Below, in pieces: positions 36,426 through 50,600 of a stretch of 52,772 bases of DNA. The translations under genes and the position numbers were made by a program. The notes under the pieces were generated by a model that was not told the DNA's origin, ran no database searches, and worked only from the letters and a program-made list of their open reading frames with translations. Numbering within the stretch: the stretch's first letter is position 1; the number at the start of each line of letters is the position of its first letter. The stretch is from Macrostomum lignano (Eukaryota): assembly GCA_002269645.1 (NCBI GenBank), contig NIVC01004259.1, forward strand, positions 1-52,772, in the 5' to 3' direction.

Positions 36426-36493
36426 GAGAGCTAGCCTAGAGCTGAACAGACCAGACTGCTAATGCAGCGACCTAGGTTCGAATCTAAGTAGTT
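36426..36493 (+). ncRNA. tRNA-like (SINE-head-like) Pol III cassette in unit 1; copies at 39748-39815, 43929-43996, 48169-48236, diverged copy at 51301-51368
   Basis: A-box-like TAGCCTAGAG, loop CTGCTAA (as in tRNA-Ser(GCT)), B-box GGTTCGAATC, T-run downstream, TATATAA ~30-35 nt upstream. Acceptor stem does not pair, so not a functional tRNA. Confidence 0.5.
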
Positions 36494-36557
36494 AAAAAGT
36501 AGTAGTGTAAAATTTTTTATTAAAAGCTTTTATTAAAGGACTAAATAAAAACACTTA

Positions 36558-38412
36558 GATTACTGCACTCGATAAGCCAAGGATTATTGCTATTAATAAA
36601 CCAAGGATTACTGCACTTGGAAAACCAAGGATTACTGCACTCGATAAACCAAGGACTATTGCTCTTGGCAAACCAAGGATTACTGCACTCAAGAAGCCAA
36701 GGATTATTGCACTTGGAAAACCAAGGATTACTGCACTCGATAAACCAAGGACTATTGCACTTGATAGGCCAAAGATTACTGCGCTTGATAAACCAAGGAT
36801 TATTGCACTTGATAAACCAAGGATTATTGCACTTGATAAGCCAAGGATTACTGCGCTTGATAAACCAAGGATTATTGCACTTGATAAACAAAGGATTATT
36901 GCACTTGATAAACAAAGGATTATTGCACTTGATAAACAAAGGATTATTGCACTTGATAAACCAAGGATTATTGCACTTGATAAGCCAAGGATTATTGCAC
37001 TTGATAAGCCATGGATTATTGCACTTGATAGTAAAGAATGTTGCACTTGATAAGCCAAGGATTAATGCACTGGATTATTCAAGGATTATTGATATTAATA
37101 AACCAAGGACTACTGCACTCGATAAACCAAGGATTATTGCTCTTAATAAACCAAGGATTACTGCACTTGGAAAACTAAGGATTACTGCACTCGATAAACC
37201 AAAGACTATTGCACTTGATAAACCAAGGATTATTGCACTTGATAGGCCAAGGATTACTGCACTTGATAAACCAAGGATTATTGCACTTGATAGGCCAAAG
37301 ATTACTGCGCTTGATAAAAAAAGGATTATTGCACTTGATAAGCCAAGGATTATTGCACTTGATAAACCAAGGATTATTGCAGTTGATAAGCCAAGGATTA
37401 TTGCATCTGATAAACCAAAGATTATTGCACTTGATAAACCAAGGATTATTGCACTTGATAAACCAAGGATTATTGCACTTGATAGGCCAAAGATTACTGC
37501 GCTTGATAAACCAAGGATTATTGCACTTGATAAACCAAGGATTATTGCAGTTGATAAGCCAAGGATTATTGCATCTGATAAACCAAGGATTATTGCAGTT
37601 GATAAGCCAAGGATTATTGCATCTCATAAACCAAGGATTATTGCACTTGATAAACCAAGGATTATTGCACTTGATAAACAAAGGATTATTGCACTTGATA
37701 AACCAAGGATTATTGCTCTTGGCAAACCAAGGATTACTGCACTCGATAAGCCAAGGATTATTGCTCTTAATAAACCAAGGATTACTGCACTTGGAAAACT
37801 AAGGATTACTGCACTCGATAAACTAAGGATTATTGCTCTTGGCAAACCAAGGATTATTGCACTTGATAAACCAAGGATTATTGCACTTGATAAACCAAGG
37901 ATTATTGCACTTGATAGGCCAAGGATTACTGCACTTGATAAACCAAGGATTATTGCACTTGATAGGCCAAAGATTACTGCGCTTGATAAACCAAGGATTA
38001 TTGCAGTTGATAAGCCAAGGATTATTGCACTTGATAAACCAAGGATTATTTCACTTGATAAACCAAGGATTATTGCACTTGATAAACAAATATTGCACTT
38101 GATAAACCAAGGATTATTGCACCTGATAAGCCAAGGATTACTGCGCTAGATAAACCAAGGATTATTGCACTTGATAAACCAAGGATTATTGCACTTAATA
38201 AACCAAGGATTATTGCACTTGATAAACCAAGGATTATTGCACTTGATAAACAAAGGATTATTGCACTTGATAAACCAAGGATTATTGCACTTGATAAGCC
38301 AAAGATTACTGCACTTGATAAACCAAGGATTATTGCACTTGATAAACCAAGGATTATTGCACTTGATTAATCAAGGATTATTGCTATTAATAAACCAAGG
38401 ATTATTGCACTA
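36558..38412. repeat. 24-bp minisatellite (AAACCAAGGATTATTGCACTTGAT) inside unit 1; also 39880-42594, 44061-46840, 48298-51030
   Basis: 24-bp period with ordered variant blocks shared between units. Confidence 0.96.
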
Positions 38413-38544
38413 GCTGAGAAGCTGATTACTGCGCTGTCTAAAAAAGAGATTATTGCGCTCGCTGAGACGTGGATTGTTGCACAACCTGAGAAAGCGATTA
38501 TTGCATTAGCGGAAGTAACATTTGCACTAGCTACTTGCTGTCTC

Positions 38545-38965
38545 GTGGATGCTTGCTCTCGAGGGGGGATACTTGCTATTTGGGAGAGGGGGTACTGGCT
38601 ACATGCATGGGATTCTTTCTATCCAGGGATGCTTGCTATTCAGGGATTCTTGCTATCTGCAGGATGCTTGCTATTTAGGGATTCTTGCTATCTGCAGGAT
38701 GCTTGCTATCTGGGTGGATGCTTCTATAATATCTGGGGGGTGCTTGCTATCTGCAGGATGCTTCTATAATATCTGGGGGTGCTTGATATCTGCAGAATGT
38801 CTGCTATCTGAGTGGATGCTTGCTATCTGGGTGGATGCTTCTATAATATCTGGGGGGTGCTTGCTAATCTGCAGATGCTTGCTATCTGTGGTGATTCTTG
38901 CTATGAGCATTAGAGGATGCTTGCTATCTGCGATTGTTCACTTTTGGAGGGGGTTGCTTGCTGTC
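38545..38965. repeat. Second internal satellite (GATGCTTGCTATCTG core); also 42727-43147, 46975-47395, 51060-51262
   Basis: Irregular ~17-22-bp units sharing the GATGCTTGCTATCT core. Confidence 0.85.
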
Positions 38966-39206
38966 TTGGGAATATTTTCTATTTAGTGAAACGATATTTT
39001 GTTGACTGTTTGTTAATTTTAGAGAAAAAGTGATTTTTTAATTTTGCAAACATCTTAGTCCGTGACAATTTTACACGAATAAGGTGATTTTTAAAATGTG
39101 AAGAAGGAATTAGTGTTTAAGAAAATGTGTTTTTTTTGTTTTCCATGAACTATTTTTGCTCCTTTCTTATTGGGCGCCCCGAAGGGGGGCCGCACTAGAT
39201 TGCTAG

Positions 39207-42200
39207 TCTAATATACTAAAAATGAAATGCTTGGTTGCTTGCTTGTAATTGATTTTCTCCCGAACGGCTCAACCGATTTTCTTCAAACTTGCACCATTCG
39301 ATCAGAAATTTTCCCGGGACGGTACATGCATATTGGCTAAGAAATTGCTCAATGTTAAAGGGATTAAATATTCGAAAAACATGATTTTTTGCAAAGGTCA
39401 AGCAGCTCTTTCGACCTGAAATGCATTGTAAGAATGCTAGAGAAAAATCTGACTGGTTGAATTCTGATTCTGAAATAGATTGCATCACAATACACTTTAT
39501 TTATCGTCTGTGTACTGGCTGAATTTGACACTCAATTGAATTGCGTCACAGCTTTGAGGGTGAAAGTATAGTGCAGTACTGAATTTATATTACGTAACCA
39601 TATTGTTAACTTTCATAGACACTGGTACTGACTTGCCTAAGAAATTGATTATGTCATAACTGCTTCGCGTGACTTTTTACTCTACCTGACTTGGTGTGAG
39701 TGTTGAATTAATTATATAAGTGGTACAAATTCACTGATAACTTCGATGAGAGCTAGCCTAGAGCTGAGCAGACCAGACTGCTAATGCAGCGACCTGGGTT
39801 CGAATCTAAGTAGTTTAAAAGTAGTAGTGTAAAATTTTTTATTAAAAGCTTTTATTAAAGGACTAAATAAAAACACTTAGATTACTGCACTCGATAAGCT
39901 AAGGATTATTGCTCTTGGCAAACCAAGGAATACTGCACTCGATAAGCCAAGGATTATTGCTCTTGGCAAACCAAGGATTACTGCACTCGATAAGCCATGG
40001 ATTATTGCTATTAATAAACCAAGGATTACTGCACTCGATAAGCCAAGGATTATTGCTATTAATAAACCATGAATTACTGCACTCGATAAGCCAAGGATTA
40101 TTGCTATTAATAAACCAAGGATTACTGCACTCATAAGCCATGGATTATTGCTATTAATAAACCAAGGATTACTGCACTCGATAAGCCAAGGATTATTGCT
40201 ATTAATAAACCAAGGATTACTGCACTCGATAAACCAAGGATTATTGCTATTAATAAACCAAGGATTACTGCACTCGATAAGCCAAGGACTATTGCTATTA
40301 ATAAACCAAGGATTACTGCACTCGATAAGCCATGGATTATTGCTATTAATAAACCAAGGATTACTGCACTCGATAAGCCAAGGATTATTGCTATTAATAA
40401 ACTAAGGATTACTGCACTCGATAAACCAAGGATTATTGCTATTAATAAACCAAGGATTATGCACTTGGCAAACCAAGGATTACTGCAATCGATAAGCCAA
40501 GGATTATTGCTATTAATAAACCAAGGATTACTGCACTCGATAAGCCAAGGATTATTGCTATTAATAAACCAAGGATTAATGCACTCGATAAGCCAAGGAT
40601 TATTGCTATTAATAAACCAAGGATTACTGCACTCGATAAGCCAAGGATTATTGCTATTAATAAACCAAGGATTATGCACTTGGCAAACCAAGGATTAGTG
40701 CACTCGATAAGCCAAGGATTATTGCTATTAATAAACCATGAATTACTGCACTCGATAAGCCAAGGATTATTGCTATTAATAAACCAAGGATTACTGCACT
40801 CATAAGCCATGGATTATTGCTATTAATAAACCAAGGATTACTGCACTCGATAAGCCAAGGATTATTGCTATTAATAAACCAAGGATTACTGCACTTGGAA
40901 AACCAAGGATTACTGCACTCGATAAACCAAGGACTATTGCTCTTGGCAAACCAAGGATTACTGCACTCAAGAAGCCAAGGATTATTGCACTTGGAAAACC
41001 AAGGATTACTGCACTCGATAAACCAAGGACTATTGCACTTGATAGGCCAAAGATTACTGCGCTTGATAAACCAAGGATTATTGCACTTGATAAACCAAGG
41101 ATTATTGCACTTGATAAGCCAAGGATTACTGCGCTTGATAAACCAAGGATTATTGCACTTGATAAACAAAGGATTATTGCACTTGATAAACAAAGGATTA
41201 TTGCACTTGATAAACAAAGGATTATTGCACTTGATAAACCAAGGATTATTGCACTTGATAAGCCAAGGATTATTGCACTTGATAAGCCATGGATTATTGC
41301 ACTTGATAGTAAAGAATGTTGCACTTGATAAGCCAAGGATTAATGCACTGGATTATTCAAGGATTATTGATATTAATAAACCAAGGACTACTGCACTCGA
41401 TAAACCAAGGATTATTGCTCTTAATAAACCAAGGATTACTGCACTTGGAAAACTAAGGATTACTGCACTCGATAAACCAAAGACTATTGCACTTGATAAA
41501 CCAAGGATTATTGCACTTGATAGGCCAAGGATTACTGCACTTGATAAACCAAGGATTATTGCACTTGATAGGCCAAAGATTACTGCGCTTGATAAAAAAA
41601 GGATTATTGCACTTGATAAACCAAGGATTATTGCAGTTGATAAGCCAAGGATTATTGCATCTGATAAACCAAAGATTATTGCACTTGATAAACCAAGGAT
41701 TATTGCACTTGATAAACCAAGGATTATTGCAGTTGATAAGCCAAGGATTATTGCATCTGATAAACCAAGGATTATTGCAGTTGATAAGCCAAGGATTATT
41801 GCATCTGATAAACCAAGGATTATTGCACTTGATAAACCAAGGATTATTGCACTTGATAAACAAAGGATTATTGCACTTGATAAACCAAGGATTATTGCTC
41901 TTGGCAAACCAAGGATTACTGCACTCGATAAGCCAAGGATTATTGCTCTTAATAAACCAAGGATTACTGCACTTGGAAAACTAAGGATTACTGCACTCGA
42001 TAAACTAAGGATTATTGCTCTTGGCAAACCAAGGATTATTGCACTTGATAAACCAAGGATTATTGCACTTGATAAACCAAGGATTATTGCACTTGATAGG
42101 CCAAGGATTACTGCACTTGATAAACCAAGGATTATTGCACTTGATAGGCCAAAGATTACTGCGCTTGATAAACCAAGGATTATTGCAGTTGATAAGCCAA

Positions 42201-43387
42201 GGATTATTGCACTTGATAAACCAAGGATTATTTCACTTGATAAACCAAGGATTATTGCACTTGATAAACAAATATTGCACTTGATAAACCAAGGATTATT
42301 GCACCTGATAAGCCAAGGATTACTGCGCTAGATAAACCAAGGATTATTGCACTTGATAAACCAAGGATTATTGCACTTAATAAACCAAGGATTATTGCAC
42401 TTGATAAACCAAGGATTATTGCACTTGATAAACAAAGGATTATTGCACTTGATAAACCAAGGATTATTGCACTTGATAAGCCAAAGATTACTGCACTTGA
42501 TAAACCAAGGATTATTGCACTTGATAAACCAAGGATTATTGCACTTGATTAATCAAGGATTATTGCTATTAATAAACCAAGGATTATTGCACTAGCTGAG
42601 AAGCTGATTACTGCGCTGTCTAAAAAAGAGATTATTGCGCTCGCTGAGACGTGGATTGTTGCACAACCTGAGAAAGCGATTATTGCATTAGCGGAAGTAA
42701 CATTTGCACTAGCTACTTGCTGTCTCGTGGATGCTTGCTCTCGAGGGGGATACTTGCTATTTGGGAGAGGGGGTACTGGCTACATGCATGGGATTCTTTC
42801 TATCCAGGGATGCTTGCTATTCAGGGATTCTTGCTATCTGCAGGATGCTTGCTATTTAGGGATTCTTGCTATCTGCAGGATGCTTGCTATCTGGGTGGAT
42901 GCTTCTATAATATCTGGGGGGTGCTTGCTATCTGCAGGATGCTTCTATAATATCTGGGGGTGCTTGATATCTGCAGAATGTCTGCTATCTGAGTGGATGC
43001 TTGCTATCTGGGTGGATGCTTCTATAATATCTGGGGGGTGCTTGCTAATCTGCAGATGCTTGCTATCTGTGGTGATTCTTGCTATGAGCATTAGAGGATG
43101 CTTGCTATCTGCGATTGTTCACTTTTGGAGGGGGTTGCTTGCTGTCTTGGGAATATTTTCTATTTAGTGAAACGATATTTTGTTGACTGTTTGTTAATTT
43201 TAGAGAAAAAGTGATTTTTTAATTTTGCAAACATCTTAGTCCGTGACAATTTTACACGAATAAGGTGATTTTTAAAATGTGAAGAAGGAATTAGTGTTTA
43301 AGAAAATGTGTTTTTTTTGTTTTCCATGAACTATTTTTGCTCCTTTCTTATTGGGCGCCCCGAAGGGGGGCCGCACTAGATTGCTAG
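39207..43387 (+). mobile_element. Non-autonomous Helitron-like unit 2 (4181 bp)
   Basis: 5' TCTAATATACTAAAAATG directly after the CTAG of unit 1; same 3' hairpin + CTAG. Confidence 0.75.
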
Positions 43388-46300
43388 TCTAATATACTAA
43401 AAATGAAATGCTTGGTTGCTTGCTTGTAATTGATTTTCTCCCGAACGGCTCAACCGATTTTCTTCAAACTTGCACCATTCGATCAGAAATTTTCCCGGGA
43501 CGGTACATGCATATTGGCTAAGAAATTGCTCAATGTTAAAGGGATTAAATATTCGAAAAACATGATTTTTTGCAAAGGTCAAGCAGCTCTTTCGACCTGA
43601 AATGCATTGTAAGAATGCTAGAGAAAAATCTGACTGGTTGAATTCTGATTCTGAAATAGATTGCATCACAATACACTTTATTTATCGTCTGTGTACTGGC
43701 TGAATTTGACACTCAATTGAATTGCGTCACAGCTTTGAGGGTGAAAGTATAGTGCAGTACTGAATTTATATTACGTAACCATATTGTTAACTTTCATAGA
43801 CACTGGTACTGACTTGCCTAAGAAATTGATTATGTCATAACTGCTTCGCGTGACTTTTTACTCTACCTGACTTGGTGTGAGTGTTGAATTAATTATATAA
43901 GTGGTACAAATTCACTGATAACTTCGATGAGAGCTAGCCTAGAGCTGAGCAGACCAGACTGCTAATGCAGCGACCTGGGTTCGAATCTAAGTAGTTTAAA
44001 AGTAGTAGTGTAAAATTTTTTATTAAAAGCTTTTATTAAAGGACTAAATAAAAACACTTAGATTACTGCACTCGATAAGCTAAGGATTATTGCTCTTGGC
44101 AAACCAAGGAATACTGCACTCGATAAGCCAAGGATTATTGCTCTTGGCAAACCAAGGATTACTGCACTCGATAAGCCATGGATTATTGCTATTAATAAAC
44201 AAGGATTACTGCACTCGATAAGCCAAGGATTATTGCTATTAATAAACCATGAATTACTGCACTCGATAAGCCAAGGATTATTGCTATTAATAAACCAAGG
44301 ATTACTGCACTCATAAGCCATGGATTATTGCTATTAATAAACCAAGGATTACTGCACTCGATAAGCCAAGGATTATTGCTATTAATAAACCAAGGATTAC
44401 TGCACTCGATAAACCAAGGATTATTGCTATTAATAAACCAAGGATTACTGCACTCGATAAGCCAAGGACTATTGCTATTAATAAACCAAGGATTACTGCA
44501 CTCGATAAGCCATGGATTATTGCTATTAATAAACCAAGGATTACTGCACTCGATAAGCCAAGGATTATTGCTATTAATAAACTAAGGATTACTGCACTCG
44601 ATAAACCAAGGATTATTGCTATTAATAAACCAAGGATTATGCACTTGGCAAACCAAGGATTACTGCAATCGATAAGCCAAGGATTATTGCTATTAATAAA
44701 CCAAGGATTACTGCACTCGATAAGCCAAGGATTATTGCTATTAATAAACAAGGATTAATGCACTCGATAAGCCAAGGATTATTGCTATTAATAAACCAAG
44801 GATTACTGCACTCGATAAGCCAAGGATTATTGCTATAATAAACCAAGGATTATGCACTTGGCAAACCAAGGATTAGTGCACTCGATAAGCCAAGGATTAT
44901 TGCTATTAATAAACCATGAATTACTGCACTCGATAAGCCAAGGATTATTGCTATTAATAAACCAAGGATTACTGCACTCATAAGCCATGGATTATTGCTA
45001 TTAATAAACCAAGGATTACTGCACTCGATAAGCCAAGGATTATTGCTATTAATAAACCAAGGATTACTGCACTTGGAAAACCAAGGATTACTGCACTCGA
45101 TAAACCAAGGACTATTGCTCTTGGCAAACCAAGGATTACTGCACTCAAGAAGCCAAGGATTATTGCACTTGGAAAACCAAGGATTACTGCACTCGATAAA
45201 CCAAGGACTATTGCACTTGATAGGCCAAAGATTACTGCGCTTGATAAACCAAGGATTATTGCACTTGATAAACCAAGGATTATTGCACTTGATAAGCCAA
45301 GGATTACTTGCGCTTGATAAACCAAGGATTATTGCACTTGATAAACAAAGGATTATTGCACTTGATAAACAAAGGATTATTGCACTTGATAAACAAAGGA
45401 TTATTGCACTTGATAAACCAAGGATTATTGCACTTGATAAGCCAAGGATTATTGCACTTGATAGTAAAGAATGTTGCACTTGATAAGCCAAGGATTAATG
45501 CACTGGATTATTCAAGGATTATTGATATTAATAAACCAAGGACTACTGCACTCGATAAACCAAGGATTATTGCTCTTAATAAACCAAGGATTACTGCACT
45601 TGGAAAACTAAGGATTACTGCACTCGATAAACCAAAGACTATTGCACTTGATAAACCAAGGATTATTGCACTTGATAGGCCAAGGATTACTGCACTTGAT
45701 AAACCAAGGATTATTGCACTTGATAGGCCAAAGATTACTGCGCTTGATAAAAAAGGATTATTGCACTTGATAAGCCAAGGATTATTGCACTTGATAAACC
45801 AAGGATTATTGCAGTTGATAAGCCAAGGATTATTGCATCTGATAAACAAAGATTATTGCACTTGATAAACCAAGGATTATTGCACTTGATAAACCAAGGA
45901 TTATTGCACTTGATAGGCCAAAGATTACTGCGCTTGATAAACCAAGGATTATTGCACTTGATAAACCAAGGATTATTGCAGTTGATAAGCCAAGGATTAT
46001 TGCATCTGATAAACCAAGGATTATTGCAGTTGATAAGCCAAGGATTATTGCATCTGATAAACCAAGGATTATTGCACTTGATAAACCAAGGATTATTGCA
46101 CTTGATAAACAAAGGATTATTGCACTTGATAAACCAAGGATTATTGCTCTTGGAAACCAAGGATTACTGCACTCGATAAGCCAAGGATTATTGCTCTTAA
46201 TAAACCAAGGATTACTGCACTTGGAAAACTAAGGATTACTGCACTCGATAAACTAAGGATTATTGCTCTTGGCAAACCAAGGATTATTGCACTTGATAAA

Positions 46301-47630
46301 CCAAGGATTATTGCACTTGATAAACCAAGGATTATTGCACTTGATAGGCCAAGGATTACTGCACTTGATAAACCAAGGATTATTGCACTTGATAGGCCAA
46401 AGATTACTGCGCTTGATAAACCAAGGATTATTGCAGTTGATAAGCCAAGGATTATTGCACTTGATAAACCAAGGATTATTTCACTTGATAAACAAGGATT
46501 ATTGCACTTGATAAACAAATATTGCACTTGATAAACCAAGGATTATTGCACCTGATAAGCCAAGGATTACTGCGCTAGATAAACCAAGGATTATTGCACT
46601 TGATAAACCAAGGATTATTGCACTTAATAAACCAAGGATTATTGCACTTGATAAACCAAGGATTATTGCACTTGATAAACAAAGGATTATTGCACTTGAT
46701 AAACCAAGGATTATTGCACTTGATAAGCCAAAGATTACTGCACTTGATAAACCAAGGATTATTGCACTTGATAAACAAGGATTATTGCACTTGATTAATC
46801 AAGGATTATTGCTATTAATAAACCAAGGATTATTGCACTAGCTGAGAAGCTGATTACTGCGCTGTCTAAAAAAGAGATTATTGCGCTCGCTGAGACGTGG
46901 ATTGTTGCACAACCTGAGAAAGCGATTATTGCATTAGCGGAAGTAACATTTGCACTAGCTACTTGCTGTCTCGTGGATGCTTGCTCTCGAGGGGGGATAC
47001 TTGCTATTTGGGAGAGGGGGTACTGGCTACATGCATGGGATTCTTTCTATCCAGGGATGCTTGCTATTCAGGGATTCTTGCTATCTGCAGGATGCTTGCT
47101 ATTTAGGGATTCTTGCTATCTGCAGGATGCTTGCTATCTGGGTGGATGCTTCTATAATATCTGGGGGTGCTTGCTATCTGCAGGATGCTTCTATAATATC
47201 TGGGGGTGCTTGATATCTGCAGAATGTCTGCTATCTGAGTGGATGCTTGCTATCTGGGTGGATGCTTCTATAATATCTGGGGGGTGCTTGCTAATCTGCA
47301 GATGCTTGCTATCTGTGGTGATTCTTGCTATGAGCATTAGAGGATGCTTGCTATCTGCGATTGTTCACTTTTGGAGGGGGTTGCTTGCTGTCTTGGGAAT
47401 ATTTTCTATTTAGTGAAACGATATTTTGTTGACTGTTTGTTAATTTTAGAGAAAAAGTGATTTTTTAATTTTGCAAACATCTTAGTCCGTGACAATTTTA
47501 CACGAATAAGGTGATTTTTAAAATGTGAAGAAGGAATTAGTGTTTAAGAAAATGTGTTTTTTTTGTTTTCCATGAACTATTTTGCTCCTTTCTTATTGGG
47601 CGCCCCGAAGGGGCCGCACTAGATTGCTAG
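43388..47630 (+). mobile_element. Non-autonomous Helitron-like unit 3 (4243 bp)
   Basis: Same termini; near-identical to unit 2 apart from repeat number and 1-nt indels. Confidence 0.72.
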
Positions 47631-50600
47631 TCTAATATACTAAAAATGAAATGCTTGGTTGCTTGCTTGTAATTGATTTTCTCCCGAACGGCTCAACCGA
47701 TTTTCTTCAAACTTGCACCATTCGATCAGAAATTTTCCCGGACGGTACATGCATATTGGCTAAGAAATTGCTCAATGTTAAAGGGATTAAATATTCGAAA
47801 AACATGATTTTTTGCAAAGGTCAAGCAGCTCTTTCGACCTGAAATGCATTGTAAGAATGCTAGAGAAAAATCTGACTGGTTGAATTCTGATTCTGAAATA
47901 GATTGCATCACAATACACTTTATTTATCGTCTGTGTACTGGCTGAATTTGACACTCAATTGAATTGCGTCACAGCTTTGAGGGTGAAAGTATAGTGCAGT
48001 ACTGAATTTATATTACGTAACCATATTGTTAACTTTCATAGACACTGGTACTGACTTGCCTAAGAAATTGATTATGTCATAACTGCTTCGCGTGACTTTT
48101 TACTCTACCTGACTTGTGTGAGTGTGATTGAATTATATAAGTGGTACAAATTCACTGATAACTTCGATGAGAGCTAGCCTAGAGCTGAGCAGACCAGACT
48201 GCTAATGCAGCGACCTGGGTTCGAATCTAAGTAGTTTAAAAGTAGTAGTGTAAATTTTTTATTAAAAGCTTTTATTAAAGGACTAAATAAACACTTAGAT
48301 TACTGCACTCGATAAGCTAAGGATTATTGCTCTTGGCAAACCAAGGAATACTGCACTCGATAAGCCAAGGATTATTGCTCTTGGCAAACCAAGGATTACT
48401 GCACTCGATAAGCCATGGATTATTGCTATTAATAAACCAAGGATTACTGCACTCGATAAGCCAAGGATTATTGCTATTAATAAACCATGAATTACTGCAC
48501 TCGATAAGCCAAGGATTATTGCTATTAATAAACCAAGGATTACTGCACTCATAAGCCATGGATTATTGCTATTAATAAACCAAGGATTACTGCACTCGAT
48601 AAGCAAGGATTATTGCTATTAATAAACCAAGGATTACTGCACTCGATAAACCAAGGATTATTGCTATTAATAAACCAAGGATTACTGCACTCGATAAGCC
48701 AAGGACTATTGCTATTAATAAACCAAGGATTACTGCACTCGATAAGCCATGGATTATTGCTATTAATAAACCAAGGATTACTGCACTCGATAAGCCAAGG
48801 ATTATGCTATTAATAAACTAAGGATTACTGCACTCGATAAACCAAGGATTATTGCTATTAATAAACCAAGGATTATGCACTTGGCAAACCAAGGATTACT
48901 GCAATCGATAAGCCAAGGATTATTGCTATTAATAAACAAGCATTACTGCACTCAATAAACCAAGGACTATTGCTATTAATAAACCAAGGATTACTGCACT
49001 CAAAAAACAAGGACTATTGCTCTTGCAAACAAGGATTACTGCACTCGATAAGCCAAGGATTATTGCTATTAATAAACCAAGGATTACTGCACTCGATAAG
49101 CAAGGATTATTGCTATTAATAACAAGGATTAATGCACTCGAAACCAAGGATTATTGCTATTAATAAACCAAGGATTACTGCACTCGATAAGCCAAGGATT
49201 ATTGCTATTAATAAACCAAGGATTATGCACTTGGCAAACCAAGGATTAGTGCACTCGATAAGCCAAGGATTATTGCTATTAATAAACCATGAATTACTGC
49301 ACTCGATAAGCAAGGATTATTGCTATTAATAAACCAAGGATTACTGCACTCATAAGCCATGGATTATTGCTATTAATAAACCAAGGATTACTGCACTCGA
49401 TAAGCCAAGGATTATTGCTATTAATAAACCAATGGAATTACTGCACTCGATAAGCCAAGGATTATTGCTATTAATAAACCAAGGATTACTGCACTCATAA
49501 GCCATGGATTATTGCTATTAATAAACCAAGGATTACTGCACGATAAGCCAAGGATTATTGCTATTAATAAACCAAGGATTACTGCACTCGATAAACCAAG
49601 GATTATTGCTATTAATAAACCAAGGATTACTGCACTCGATAAGCTAAGGACTATTGCTATTAATAAACCAAGGATTACTGCACTCGATAAGCCATGGATT
49701 ATTTATTAATAAACCAAGGATTACTGCACTCGATAAGCAAGGATTATTGCTATTAATAAACCATGAGATTACTGCACTCGATAAGCCAAGATTATTGCTA
49801 TTAATAAACAAGGATTACTGCACTCATAAGCCAAGGATTATTGCTATTAATAAACCAAGGATTACTGCACTCGATAACAAGGATTATTGCTATTAATAAA
49901 CCAAGGATTACTGCACTCGAATAAACCAAGGATTATTGCTATTAATAAACCAAGGATTACTGCACTCGATAAGCCAAGGACTATTGCTATTAATAAAACC
50001 AAGGATTACTGCACTCGATAAAGCCAAGGATTATTGCTATTAATAAACCAAGGATTACTGCACTCGATAAGCCAAGGATTATTGCTATTAATAAACAAGG
50101 ATTACTGCACTCGAAACAAGGATTATTGCTATTAATAAACCAAGGATTATGCACTTGGCAAACCAAGGATTACTGCATCGATAAGCAAGATTATTGCTAT
50201 TAATAAACCAATCATTACTGCACTCAATAACCAAGGACTATTGCTATTATAAACCAAGGATTACTGCACTCAAAAACCAAGGACTATTGCTCTTGGCAAA
50301 CCAAGGATTACTGCACTCGATAAGCCAAGGATTATTGCTATTAATAAACCAAGGATTACTGCACTCGATAAGCCAGGATTATTGCTATTAATAAACCAGG
50401 ATAACTGCACTCGAAAACAAGGATTATTGCTATTAAAAACCAAGGATTACTGCACTCGATAAGCCAAGATTATTCGCTATTAATAAACCAAGGATTATGC
50501 ACTTGGCAAACCAAGGATTACTGCACTCGATAAGCCAAGGATTATTGCTATTAATAAACCAAGGATTACTGCACTCAATAACCAAGGACTATTGCTTAAT

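Larger units (their letters stand above)
35873..39206 (+). mobile_element. Non-autonomous Helitron-like unit 1
   Basis: Starts A|TCCAATATACTAAAAATG with (GT)n near the 5' end. Ends GCGCCCC-GAA-GGGGGGCCGC hairpin + ACTAGATTGCTAG. No Rep/Hel ORF. Confidence 0.72.

Noticed and set aside
36426-36493. Functional tRNA-Ser gene
   Set aside because: The acceptor and anticodon stems do not pair and the T-stem has a mismatch.
36587-42331. 500-aa ORFs (INQGLLHL/DKPRIIAL repeats) as real proteins
   Set aside because: They switch between repeat frames at 1-nt indels and have no ATG context or flanking domains. The 24-bp unit simply lacks stops in several frames. Only the variant pattern is kept, as a finding.
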